A stretch of DNA of 48,266 nt, taken from positions 1-48,266 of the forward strand of contig SHZN01000001.1 in NCBI GenBank assembly GCA_009692245.1, in the 5' to 3' direction. Position numbers and translations under genes: made by a program. Below are positions 18,878-27,525 of the stretch, one piece after another (within the stretch, counting starts at the first letter, position 1; the number at the start of each line of letters is the position of its first letter). The DNA comes from Gammaproteobacteria bacterium. Lineage in GTDB: Bacteria > Pseudomonadota > Gammaproteobacteria > Steroidobacterales > Steroidobacteraceae. Below the pieces are notes generated by a model. The model was not told where the DNA came from. It worked only from the letters and a program-made list of their open reading frames with translations, and made no database searches.

Positions 18878-19282
18878 TCAGGTCCTGAGTTCGGCGGTTG
18901 CGACAAGCTCGATCATCGCTTCGGGAAAGTAAAGACGGGGCACCTCGACTGCGGTTGCGGCCGGCGGTGCGGCATTCGCCTGCCGGTAGCAGCGATCGCG
19001 CACATGTGCCGAGCGTCCGAGCGCCACGATGTCGGTCGTGTAGGCGACCTCGCAGACGACATCGGCCAATGTCAGGCCGGCAGCTGCGAGGGCGGTCTGC
19101 AGGCGTTCATAAATGCGCTGGATCTGCGCCTCCATGTTGCCGGCGCCGACCACTTCCATCGCGTCATTGATCGCCGTCATTCCCGACAGGTACAGGGTGC
19201 CATTCGAGCGGACTGCGGCGCTGATATTGAAGCGCTCCTCGATCTCGCGACTGATCCGGATCACTTGTTCCCAGCGGGCCAT
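18878..19282 (-). CDS. RidA/YjgF/YER057c family protein
   Basis: 134 aa with the pattern GTLYLSGMTA...QIQRIYERLQTALAAAG..LADVV..VAYT typical of the family. It lies 5 nt downstream of speA. Confidence 0.7.
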   Translation of the reverse strand: MARWEQVIRISREIEERFNISAAVRSNGTLYLSGMTAINDAMEVVGAGNMEAQIQRIYERLQTALAAAGLTLADVVCEVAYTTDIVALGRSAHVRDRCYRQANAAPPAATAVEVPRLYFPEAMIELVATAELRT

Positions 19283-19287
19283 GGACC

Positions 19288-21240
19288 CTATTGTGCGCCG
19301 TCCGGCTCCAGGTAGGTGTAGCCGGCGAGTTCCGATTCATAGAAACGCTTGAGCGCCTGGCCCTCGGCGACCGACAGGCGGCCGTCGCGCATGGCGCGCT
19401 CGCAATCGCGCGCAAAGCGGGGATAGAGCTCGTCGGTGTCGTATTGCATGTAGCCGAGCACGGTGCTTGCGGTATCGCCATTGACGATTTCCTCGATCCA
19501 CCAGCCGTGTTCGTCGTCGAGCCGGATGTGCACGACATGCGTGTCGCCGAACAGGTTATGCAGGTCGCCGAGCGTTTCCTGGTAGGCGCCGACCAGGAAA
19601 GCGGCGAGGAAGTATTCCTCGCCGGGCCGCAATTCATGGACTTCGAGCGAGCGCTTGACGTCGCGCAGTGACACAAAGCGGTCGATCTTGCCGTCGGAAT
19701 CGCAGGTGATGTCCGCGAGTACCGCGCTGCGGCCCGGCCGCTCCTCCAGCCGATGCAGCGGCATGATCGGAAACAACTGCTCGATCGCCCAACTGTCCGG
19801 CAGCGACTGGAACACGGACATGTTGCAGAAATAGGTATCGGACAGCACCGCTTCCAGCCCTTCGAGCTCCTCGGGGATGCGGCCGAGCCGGCGCGTGACG
19901 TCGCGCACCTTGGCACAGGTCGCCCAGTACAGGCGCTCGGCCAGGCTGCGCATCTCGATATTGAGGTAGCCGAGGCTGAACATCTGTTGTGCCTGTTCGC
20001 GCGCCTGCTGGGCGTCATGCCAGCACTCGACGAGACGGCGCTCGGTGACTGTCGCGTGGGCATCGAACAGGTCAGCGATCGGTTGTGGCAGGCGGCCGTC
20101 ATCGGTCGTGGCGCGGTCGGGGGCGCTAAAGAGGTCGAGGCGGGCTGCCCCCAGCACATTGAAAACCAGCACGCTGTGATGCGCCGCGATCGCGCGTCCG
20201 GACTCGCTGATGATGACCGGGTGCGCAAGACCTCGGGCGTTACAGACGCTCGCCACGCGGTAGACAACGTCGCTCGCATATTCACGCAGCGAATAATTCG
20301 TGGACGACTCGAAATTGGTGCGCGAACCGTCGTAGTCGACGCCGAGACCGCCGCCGACGTCGATGTATTCCAGGCCCGCCCCGAGCTTTGCGAGTTCAGC
20401 ATAGACCTGCGCCAGTTCGTTGACCGCGTCCTTGACGCGCCGGATGTCGTGCAACTGCGAGCCCGGGTGGCAGTGCACGAGCTTCAGGCAGTCCAGCATC
20501 CCGTGCTTGCGCAGCACTTCGACGAGCTCGAGGATCTCTGTCGTGAACAAGCCGAACTTCGAGCGGTCCCCCGCGGATTCGCGCCAGCGGCCGGCGCCTT
20601 CGGCCGCGAGCTTGACCCGCACGCCGATCTTCGGCCGCACCTGGTACTTTTCGGCGTGGCGCAGGATGTAACCCAGCTCGGAGAAATTCTCGACGACCGG
20701 AATGATCGAGCGGCCGAGCTTGGTCGCGAGGATCACCGCCTCGATGTAGCTGTCGTCCTTGAAGCCATTGCAGATGATCAGCCGGTCCGGGGCATCCTCG
20801 GTCATTGCCATGACGGCGAGCAGCTCGGGCTTGGAGCCGCATTCGAGCCCGAATCCGAGTTCCGCGCTGGCGCGATAGACTTCTTCGACAACCAGCCGTT
20901 GCTGGTTGACCTTGATCGGAAATACCGCGGCATAGCGGTTCTTGTAGTCGTTCTCGGTGATCGCCGCGGCGAATGCATCGTGCAGCGAGCGCAGGCGGTC
21001 GCGCAGGATGTCGGAGAAGCGCAGCACCATCGGTGCGGTCAGGTCGCGCGCGCCCAGCTGCTGGACCACCTCATAAATGTCGATCTCGCGGGTCTCGTGC
21101 CGGGCGGGCCGGCAGATGACATGACCGGCATCATTGATGCCGAAATACCCGCCGCCCCAGGAGCGCACGGCGTACAGCTCGTTGGAGTCTTCGATGCTCC
21201 AGGGCCGGGGCGTAACCGCGCCACGCGTCGTGCTGTCCAA
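19288..21240 (-). CDS. speA: Biosynthetic arginine decarboxylase
   Basis: 650 aa. The N-terminus W.IEDS.ELY.VRSWGGGYFGIN and the PLP region FPIKVNQQ are present, and the whole length is colinear with SpeA as I remember it. The start codon at 21240 is TTG. Confidence 0.9.
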   Translation of the reverse strand: MDSTTRGAVTPRPWSIEDSNELYAVRSWGGGYFGINDAGHVICRPARHETREIDIYEVVQQLGARDLTAPMVLRFSDILRDRLRSLHDAFAAAITENDYKNRYAAVFPIKVNQQRLVVEEVYRASAELGFGLECGSKPELLAVMAMTEDAPDRLIICNGFKDDSYIEAVILATKLGRSIIPVVENFSELGYILRHAEKYQVRPKIGVRVKLAAEGAGRWRESAGDRSKFGLFTTEILELVEVLRKHGMLDCLKLVHCHPGSQLHDIRRVKDAVNELAQVYAELAKLGAGLEYIDVGGGLGVDYDGSRTNFESSTNYSLREYASDVVYRVASVCNARGLAHPVIISESGRAIAAHHSVLVFNVLGAARLDLFSAPDRATTDDGRLPQPIADLFDAHATVTERRLVECWHDAQQAREQAQQMFSLGYLNIEMRSLAERLYWATCAKVRDVTRRLGRIPEELEGLEAVLSDTYFCNMSVFQSLPDSWAIEQLFPIMPLHRLEERPGRSAVLADITCDSDGKIDRFVSLRDVKRSLEVHELRPGEEYFLAAFLVGAYQETLGDLHNLFGDTHVVHIRLDDEHGWWIEEIVNGDTASTVLGYMQYDTDELYPRFARDCERAMRDGRLSVAEGQALKRFYESELAGYTYLEPDGAQ

Positions 21241-21306
21241 GAACTCGTCCCCGTGCGGATCCCGGGCGCGGACGATATCAGATCGCGGGCGCCTGTAAAC
21301 GGGCTG

Positions 21307-22170
21307 TCAGTCGTCGCGCGCGACGGGCCGCGCCGGATCGCGGATCCATTCACTCCAGGAGCCGGCGTACAGGCGCCCGCCGGGGTGACCCGCCACTTCG
21401 AGCGCGAGCAGACCCTGGCAGGCAGTTACGCCCGAACCGCACATGCAGGTGAGCCGCGTTCCATCGGTCAATCCGGTGCGCTCTCGCCACAGTTTCGCGA
21501 GTTCAGCCTTCGGCCGAAATTGGCTTTTGTTGTCGAGATTTTGCGTGAATGGCAGGTTCACCGCGCCCGGCACATGTCCGGCGACGATGTCGAGGGGTTC
21601 CACCATGCCCGCGAAGCGCTCAGCTCCGCGCACGTCGACGAGGAGCTCGTCGCGCGCAAGGGCCGCCGCGACGCCGGCTGCATCGCAGAGCATCTCCGGC
21701 CGCAGCCGCGCGACGACCCGTCCTGGCCGGCGCTCTACGCTCGCATCCGAAACGCGTTGCCCTTCCGCAAGCCAGGCGGCGTACCCGCCATCCAGCACTG
21801 CCACAGCGTCATGGCCCAGGTAGCGGAGCATCCACCAGAGTCGTGCGGCATAGGCGCTGTTTCCGGCGTCGTAGGCGATGACCTGGGTGCCGCCGGTCAC
21901 GCCCCAACGCGACAGCGTCGCCACGAACGTGTCGATCGCCGGCAGCGGGTGACGGCCGGTTCTTGGCGTGACGGGCGCGGACAGGTCGCGCTCGAGGTCC
22001 GCATGAATCGCGCCGGGAATGTGGGCCACCCGCCAGGCGCGCGCGCCCGCGTCGTGATCGGCGAGGTCAAAGCGGCAATCCGCCACCAGCCATTCCGGAT
22101 CGGCCAGCCGGGCGGCGAGTTCGCGGACGGATACCAGGGTCGTATGCGGCAGTGGCCGGCGTTCTTTCAT
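21307..22170 (-). CDS. sseA: Two-domain rhodanese sulfurtransferase (3-mercaptopyruvate/thiosulfate sulfurtransferase, SseA-like)
   Basis: Tandem rhodanese domains with the active-site loop CGSGVTAC. ATG 22170 overlaps the upstream gene's stop (ATGA). Confidence 0.7.
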   Translation of the reverse strand: MKERRPLPHTTLVSVRELAARLADPEWLVADCRFDLADHDAGARAWRVAHIPGAIHADLERDLSAPVTPRTGRHPLPAIDTFVATLSRWGVTGGTQVIAYDAGNSAYAARLWWMLRYLGHDAVAVLDGGYAAWLAEGQRVSDASVERRPGRVVARLRPEMLCDAAGVAAALARDELLVDVRGAERFAGMVEPLDIVAGHVPGAVNLPFTQNLDNKSQFRPKAELAKLWRERTGLTDGTRLTCMCGSGVTACQGLLALEVAGHPGGRLYAGSWSEWIRDPARPVARDD

Positions 22171-22811
22171 GCACGCCTGATCGGCAGCCGGCCCGCGATG
22201 GCCATTGCGGTGACCGCGATCGTGGAGCCTGCCAGCGCAAACGCCATGTCCTTCTGGCCGTCCCATACATCACCCTGGGTGCCAAGGTAGGCCTGGCCGA
22301 GATCTCCACCGAACACCATCGCGGCGGCGAACTCGATCAACTCGTAGATGACTGCGTGCGAGGCCATGAACAACAGCGGAAAAAAATAGGCCCAGGCACG
22401 GGGGTAGCGCCCGTAGTGCGCAAAGATCTCGACCGCTGCGGCCGCCACCAGCAGGCCGTACAGGAAATGGATCAGCCGGTCATAGTGATTGCGCTCGAAA
22501 CCCAGAATTTCGTTCAGCGATCCGCCGGTCAGGGCCTGGAACCATTGGTCGTAAGGAACCAGCGAATAGGTGTAGTGCGCGCCGATCGCGTGCAGCGAAA
22601 AGAATATGAACAGGCAGGTGTAGGTGAAATCGCTGAATCGCAGGTGCTTCGCGGTCAGTACCAGCCATGGAACGACGATGAAGACCAGCAGGTTTTCCAG
22701 CAACCAGTCCTGCCGGTAGACCGGCGCGATCGCAAGCGCGATCCAGAACAAGCCAAAGAGCGCCAGTAGCGTCAGCGGGTAGCGCCACAACACGATTGTT
22801 TTACGGTACAT
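22167..22811 (-). CDS. YjdF/DUF2238 family inner-membrane protein
   Basis: 214 aa and multi-TM, with the motifs HAIGAHYTYSLVPYD and RNHYDRLIHFLYGLL that I associate with DUF2238. Confidence 0.55.
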   Translation of the reverse strand: MYRKTIVLWRYPLTLLALFGLFWIALAIAPVYRQDWLLENLLVFIVVPWLVLTAKHLRFSDFTYTCLFIFFSLHAIGAHYTYSLVPYDQWFQALTGGSLNEILGFERNHYDRLIHFLYGLLVAAAAVEIFAHYGRYPRAWAYFFPLLFMASHAVIYELIEFAAAMVFGGDLGQAYLGTQGDVWDGQKDMAFALAGSTIAVTAMAIAGRLPIRRA

Positions 22812-22822
22812 TCTGCGACCTT

Positions 22823-24244
22823 ATGACCAAGCACACAGTCCATGTCCATTTCCCCGGCCGCCTGATTTTCATCGGTTTTGGCAGCATTGGCCAGGGTGTC
22901 CTGCCGCTGATCATGCGCCACATCGGGGGCCTGACGGCAGACCGGATCACGATCGTCACCGCCGATGATGCCGGGCGCCAGGAGGCCGAGGAATTCGGCA
23001 TCCGCTTCGTGAATCACCCATTGACGCGGGAGAATTTCCGGCATGTGCTCGACCCGCTGGTCGGGCGCGGCGATTTCGTGCTGAACCTGTCGGTCGATGT
23101 CTCCAGCATCGCGCTGATAAAGCTGTGCCACGAGAAGGGCGCGTTGTACCTGGACACCTGCATCGAGCCCTGGCCCGGTGGTTACACCGACCCGAATATC
23201 CCGGTCAGCCGCCGCACGAACTACGCGTTGCGCGAGGAATTGCTGGAGGCACGGAAGACCCAGGCGAATGGGCCGACGGCCGTCATCACGCATGGCGCCA
23301 ACCCGGGTCTCGTGTCGCATTTCGTCAAGCAGGCGCTGATCGACATCGCGACTGACACGGGCCATGACGCGCCGGAGCCTTCGACCCGCGAGGAGTGGGC
23401 CAAGCTCGCGATGGACCTCGGCATCAAGGTCATCCACATCGCGGAGCGCGACACGCAGGTTTCGAACCGACCCAAGATGCCGGGCGAATTCGTCAACACC
23501 TGGTCGGTGGACGGATTCGTCAGCGAGGGCAGCCAGCCTGCCGAGCTCGGTTGGGGTACGCACGAGCGGCACTTCCCGCGCGATGGCCGTCAGCACGATT
23601 TCGGGCGCAAGAGCGCGATCTTCCTGGCGCAGCCTGGCTGCGCGACACGCGTCCGTACCTGGACGCCTCGAGCGCAGGCATTCCACGGCTTCCTGATCAC
23701 CCACGGCGAGTCGATCTCGATCTCGGACTTCCTGACGGTGCGGCAGAACGAGCGCGCGACCTACCGGCCGACGGTGCACTACGCGTATCACCCATCCGAC
23801 AATGCCGTGCTATCGGTGCACGAGTTCTGCGGGCGCAACTATCACCAACAGGATGAGAAGCGGATCATGATGGGCGACATTACGACCGGCATCGACGAAC
23901 TCGGCGTGCTGCTCGCGGGCCACGCGAAGAACGCCTATTGGTACGGCTCCCAGCTGTCGATCGATGAGGCACGTGCGCTCGCTCCGTTCAACAGCGCGAC
24001 CTCGCTTCAGGTCACTGTCGCAGCACTGTCGGGCATGATCTGGGCCATAGAGAATCCGGCCAAGGGCGTTGTCGAGCCGGACGAAATCGATTTCCGCCGC
24101 AATCTCGAGATCTGCATGCCCTATCTCGGACCGGTGGTCGGAAAGTACACGGACTGGACGCCGCTCTTCGATCGCGGTCGTCTGTTTCCGGAAGACCTCG
24201 ACGAAGGCGATCCCTGGCAGTTCAAGAATATCCGCGTCATCTGA
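22823..24244 (+). CDS. hss: Bacterial homospermidine synthase (saccharopine dehydrogenase-like fold)
   Basis: 473 aa with Rossmann IFIGFGSIGQG, THGANPGLVSHFVKQAL and WSVDGFVSEGSQPAELGWGTHE. The size and motifs fit HSS, and speA is nearby. Confidence 0.7.
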   Translation: MTKHTVHVHFPGRLIFIGFGSIGQGVLPLIMRHIGGLTADRITIVTADDAGRQEAEEFGIRFVNHPLTRENFRHVLDPLVGRGDFVLNLSVDVSSIALIKLCHEKGALYLDTCIEPWPGGYTDPNIPVSRRTNYALREELLEARKTQANGPTAVITHGANPGLVSHFVKQALIDIATDTGHDAPEPSTREEWAKLAMDLGIKVIHIAERDTQVSNRPKMPGEFVNTWSVDGFVSEGSQPAELGWGTHERHFPRDGRQHDFGRKSAIFLAQPGCATRVRTWTPRAQAFHGFLITHGESISISDFLTVRQNERATYRPTVHYAYHPSDNAVLSVHEFCGRNYHQQDEKRIMMGDITTGIDELGVLLAGHAKNAYWYGSQLSIDEARALAPFNSATSLQVTVAALSGMIWAIENPAKGVVEPDEIDFRRNLEICMPYLGPVVGKYTDWTPLFDRGRLFPEDLDEGDPWQFKNIRVI

Positions 24245-24752
24245 TGGGGACTGTCCCCTCATACTCGATCGCCTCGATCTTTACGCTGGCCGCGCCGGCC
24301 GGCAGTTCGATTTCGAATTCGTCTCCGACGCGCTTTCCAAGCAGCGCGCGGCCCAGTGGCGAATCCATGCTGATGTAACCGGTGCCCTGGTCGAATTCGT
24401 CGGACCCGACGATCCGGTGCCGGCGCACTGCGCCTGCCTGATCGACGACGGTTACCCAGGCACCGAAAAAAATGCGCGTCTGGTCGGCAGGCGGCTGCGA
24501 GACGATGACCATGCCGTCGAGGCGACCGCGCAGGAAGCGCACCCGCCGGTCGATTTCGCGCAGCCGGCGCTTCCCATAGATGTACTCGGCATTTTCGGAT
24601 CGATCGCCCTGGGCAGCCGCATCGGCGACCGCCTGTGTCACGGCGGGCCGCTCGACGCGCCAGAGCTCGTCGAGTTCGGCCCGCAGGCGCCGGGCACCTT
24701 CGGGTGTCACGTACTTTGAGCCGGATCGCGTCGCTGGCCGAGTGCCTGCCAT
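24237..24752 (-). CDS. greB: Transcription elongation (cleavage) factor GreB
   Basis: YVTPEGARRLRAELDELW...AAAQGDRSENAEYIYGKRRLREIDRRVRFL matches the GreB N-terminal coiled coil with the acidic tip. A C-terminal globular domain is present. Confidence 0.85.
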   Translation of the reverse strand: MAGTRPATRSGSKYVTPEGARRLRAELDELWRVERPAVTQAVADAAAQGDRSENAEYIYGKRRLREIDRRVRFLRGRLDGMVIVSQPPADQTRIFFGAWVTVVDQAGAVRRHRIVGSDEFDQGTGYISMDSPLGRALLGKRVGDEFEIELPAGAASVKIEAIEYEGTVPIR

Positions 24753-24829
24753 TTTAATCCCGTCGACTTCTTAACTCATTGAATATCAGGTCTTTTCTAC
24801 CGCGCCCAGTCAGCCGCGCCTTGCTCCGG

Positions 24830-25017
24830 TAGCGGCCGCCATGGAGGTCCGTTTCAAAGCGTGGTGCAAGGAGTGTGGCACGGTTCACGTTCATCAGCGG
24901 ACATCGCAGCTACGCTTCATTTCAGTAATTTGTTCTCCGTCTGTATCCCCTAGCGGACTTCCTTCCCTTCACCGAATGTCCGCTCTTGAGCCCCGGGCCA
25001 AACCCCCGGGGTTTTTT
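24830..25017 (+). ncRNA. Candidate small RNA or orphaned 5' leader ending at an intrinsic terminator; the 5' end is not defined
   Basis: There is no credible CDS here. G+C is locally lower. AGCGGAC occurs twice (24896, 24952) and both copies can pair with GTCCGCT at 24978-84. A strong terminator follows. Confidence 0.3.
24991..25017 (+). terminator. Rho-independent terminator
   Basis: CCCCGGG (24991-97) pairs with CCCGGGG (25005-11) around a 7-nt loop and is followed by TTTTTT (25012-17). Confidence 0.7.
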
Positions 25018-25037
25018 CGTCCGCCAGAATTTGGCGC

Positions 25038-25229
25038 ATGAAATCAACGCCGGCATTCAAGGATCACTTCTCGGGCCAGGCGGGCGCCTACGAAAAATAC
25101 CGGCCGCTGACGGACGGCGACCTCGCGGTCTGGAAGAATATTTGACCGGGCGCACCATCGGAGCCTTTGGCGTGCGCGAGGGGGGACAAGCTCTGGCGTC
25201 CCGCCGCGGAGCGCGTCAAGATCTGGTGA
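25038..25229 (+). pseudogene. Remnant of a class I SAM-dependent methyltransferase (N-terminal about 35 codons, in-frame TGA, then about 27 codons resembling the C-terminus; the core is deleted)
   Basis: The translation is MKSTPAFKDHFSGQAGAYEKYRP..., which is the typical FKDHFS...Y..YRP start, then TGA 25143-45. The same frame continues ...ACARGDKLWRPAAERVKIW to TGA 25227-29. It is far too short for a methyltransferase fold. Confidence 0.4.
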
Positions 25230-25291
25230 CCCGCGTCCTGGCTGCCCGCGGAGTGGCTGCGGGCAGCGCTTTGCGCTGATAATGCAGTCCC

Positions 25292-26497
25292 ATGAGTCGT
25301 AGCACTCTGCGTTTCAGCCTGCTCGTCGTGCCTGCATTGTTGCTGGGACTCGCGGCCTGCACGCCGTTTGAGTCTCTCTGGCGCAAGTTGCCGAGGCCGG
25401 CCGCAAAGCCTGCCACGGTCACAGCCGCGCCGAGGCCCGAATTGCCGTTGGCAACCGCGACACACCGGTTCAACGTCGCGCCGGACCAGGATGTCGTCGG
25501 TCACCTGCAGGTGACCATCGCGCGCCACGAAGACACGCTGACGGACATCGCGCGCCGTTTCAATATCGGCTACGAGGAGATCATCCGCGCCAATCCCGGC
25601 GTGGATCCCTGGCTGCCCGGCGAGGGAACACCGGTCGTGCTGCCGACCGAATTCGTGCTGCCCGATGCGCCACGCGAAGGACTGGTGCTAAATCTCGCCG
25701 CGATGCGGCTCTACTATTTTCCGAAGCGCGAAAAGGATGCGCCGATCGAAGTGATCACCCATCCGATCGGCATCGGCAGGGTCGGTTGGGTGACGCCCGA
25801 GGGCAGCACGAAAGTCGTCGCGCGCGTCAAGGATCCGGTCTGGGTACCTCCGGTATCGGTGCGCCAGGAGCATGCAAAGGACGGCGATATCCTGCCGGAG
25901 AAGGTGCCGCCTGGACCGGACAATCCGCTCGGCCGCCACATGTTCAGGCTTGGCTGGCCTAGTTACCTGGTTCACGGAACCAACAAGCCCCCCGGTGTCG
26001 GCATGCGCTCGAGCCATGGTTGCATCCGGCTGTACCCGGAAGACATCGAGGCCCTTTACGATTCAATGCCGATAGGCACCCGCGTGACCGTCGTCAATCA
26101 ACCCTATCTGCTCGGCTGGCGCGGCGGGCAGCTGCTGACCCAGGCGTACGCACCGCACGAAGACGACAGGCGTGACTGGTCGGACGTGCCGAAGGCGCTG
26201 CGCAAGAATGCAGTCAAGCCGCGCGCGACACTGTGGAAGAGAGTCGCGGCGCAGGTCGACTCGATCGACTGGGAATCAATCAGCCAGGCGGCGGCCAATC
26301 CGCGTGGCATCGCATTACCGGTCGGTCCGGGTGCGGTGCCGGATCTCGAGGCGCTTCTGGCGCAGGCACCGCGTGTACGCAATGCACTTCCGCAGGGCGC
26401 GAGCTGGGATGGTGTCGAAGACCAGTACGCGGGCGAGCCGGAGTTCAAGAAGCCAGCAGTGACCGGCGCGGCAGACGCGGCGACCGCAAGCCGCTGA
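25292..26497 (+). CDS. L,D-transpeptidase (LysM + YkuD domains), lipoprotein signal
   Basis: Lipobox LLGLAAC, a LysM-like segment (IARHEDTLTDIARRFNIGYEEIIRANPGV) and the YkuD catalytic motif HGTN...SHGCIRL. Confidence 0.85.
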   Translation: MSRSTLRFSLLVVPALLLGLAACTPFESLWRKLPRPAAKPATVTAAPRPELPLATATHRFNVAPDQDVVGHLQVTIARHEDTLTDIARRFNIGYEEIIRANPGVDPWLPGEGTPVVLPTEFVLPDAPREGLVLNLAAMRLYYFPKREKDAPIEVITHPIGIGRVGWVTPEGSTKVVARVKDPVWVPPVSVRQEHAKDGDILPEKVPPGPDNPLGRHMFRLGWPSYLVHGTNKPPGVGMRSSHGCIRLYPEDIEALYDSMPIGTRVTVVNQPYLLGWRGGQLLTQAYAPHEDDRRDWSDVPKALRKNAVKPRATLWKRVAAQVDSIDWESISQAAANPRGIALPVGPGAVPDLEALLAQAPRVRNALPQGASWDGVEDQYAGEPEFKKPAVTGAADAATASR

Positions 26498-27424
26498 TCA
26501 GGGCTTGGCCGTGCGTCTCGCAAGCGCGCAGGTCATCGAGCCACCGACCACCGCGAGCGCGCCGACGATACTCCAGGCATTCAGGCCCTCTGGTGTCAGC
26601 AATTCCCAGCCGAGCCTGTCGACCAGCCACATCGACGCAATCGTGAATAGCGGCGCAGTAGCCAGCACTGCGCTGACGCGCGACACGTCCCAGTAATGCA
26701 GGGCCTCGCCAAATGCGCCGTAGGCGATCACCGTGTTGGCGCAGCAGAAGGCAAGCATCGAGAGCTGCAGCCCATTCAGGTTCAGCACGGCCATGGGCGC
26801 GGCGGTCGGCAGCAGTGCAACGCTTGCGCCGACATACAGCATCCAAAGTACCTGGCGCAACGTGAAGACCGTCAGCAGGCGTTTTTGCGCGAGCCCGTAA
26901 ATGGCCCAGGCGATTGCCGCGACGATCATCAGCGCGACGCCGAGCCCCAACCCTTGGGTGGGTCGCGCGAGCTCAGGCAGGCGGTTGTTGAAGAACAGCA
27001 GCTGGCCGATGCCGAGCACGATGAATCCGAGCCACTGACGCGGCACAAAGCGTTCGCGGAACACGACTACACCGCCCAGCAGCAGTAACAGCGGAGCGAG
27101 CTGGATGACGACCTGCGCGACTGAGGGCGTCGTGTGATCAAGTGCGGTCAGGTAGAGCAAGTCGTTGCCAAGCAGCATCACGAGCGCGATGCCGAGAAGT
27201 AGCCACGCACCGCGCCCGGCGCCACGCAGACGCGGCAGCTGGCCGCGCCAGGCAAGAAATGCGCCGAGGGTCAGCATCGACACTGCGAAGCGCCACCAGG
27301 TGATCGTGTACACGTCCATGCCGGTCAGCGCGACCTTCAGCGCGATCGGCAGGAATCCCCACAGCACCGCCGTGGTAAGGGACATCGTGAAGCCGAGCTG
27401 CCAGCGCCCGGTGTCGGTGTTCAT
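26498..27424 (-). CDS. DMT superfamily (EamA-type) transporter
   Basis: About 10 TM segments in two EamA-like halves. The start is ATG 27424 or 27430. The upstream part of the track ORF runs into the sheath gene's start region and is not coding-like. Confidence 0.8.
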   Translation of the reverse strand: MNTDTGRWQLGFTMSLTTAVLWGFLPIALKVALTGMDVYTITWWRFAVSMLTLGAFLAWRGQLPRLRGAGRGAWLLLGIALVMLLGNDLLYLTALDHTTPSVAQVVIQLAPLLLLLGGVVVFRERFVPRQWLGFIVLGIGQLLFFNNRLPELARPTQGLGLGVALMIVAAIAWAIYGLAQKRLLTVFTLRQVLWMLYVGASVALLPTAAPMAVLNLNGLQLSMLAFCCANTVIAYGAFGEALHYWDVSRVSAVLATAPLFTIASMWLVDRLGWELLTPEGLNAWSIVGALAVVGGSMTCALARRTAKP

Positions 27425-27525
27425 GCGCATCAGTGAATGTCGATGAGCGGGGTCCGGCAGCATAAACCAGCCGGGCCCGTGCAGTGGCCCTGTGATAATC
27501 TTCCGCAAACCCGGGGGAGTGTCCG

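Noticed and set aside
19753-22290. 845-aa plus-strand ORF spanning speA and the sulfurtransferase gene
   Set aside because: It runs antisense across two recognised genes and their intergenic region. Its composition is Arg/Ala/Gly/Val-rich with no recognisable domain.
22772-23791. 339-aa minus-strand ORF opposite hss
   Set aside because: It is antisense to the homospermidine synthase frame and shows an artefactual composition.
24841-25041. 66-aa ORF (MEVRFKAWCKECG...) in the greB-ldt gap
   Set aside because: It reads through a strong intrinsic terminator, which encodes its PRAKPPGFF segment. It has atypical codon usage and no ribosome-binding site, so the region is more plausibly non-coding.
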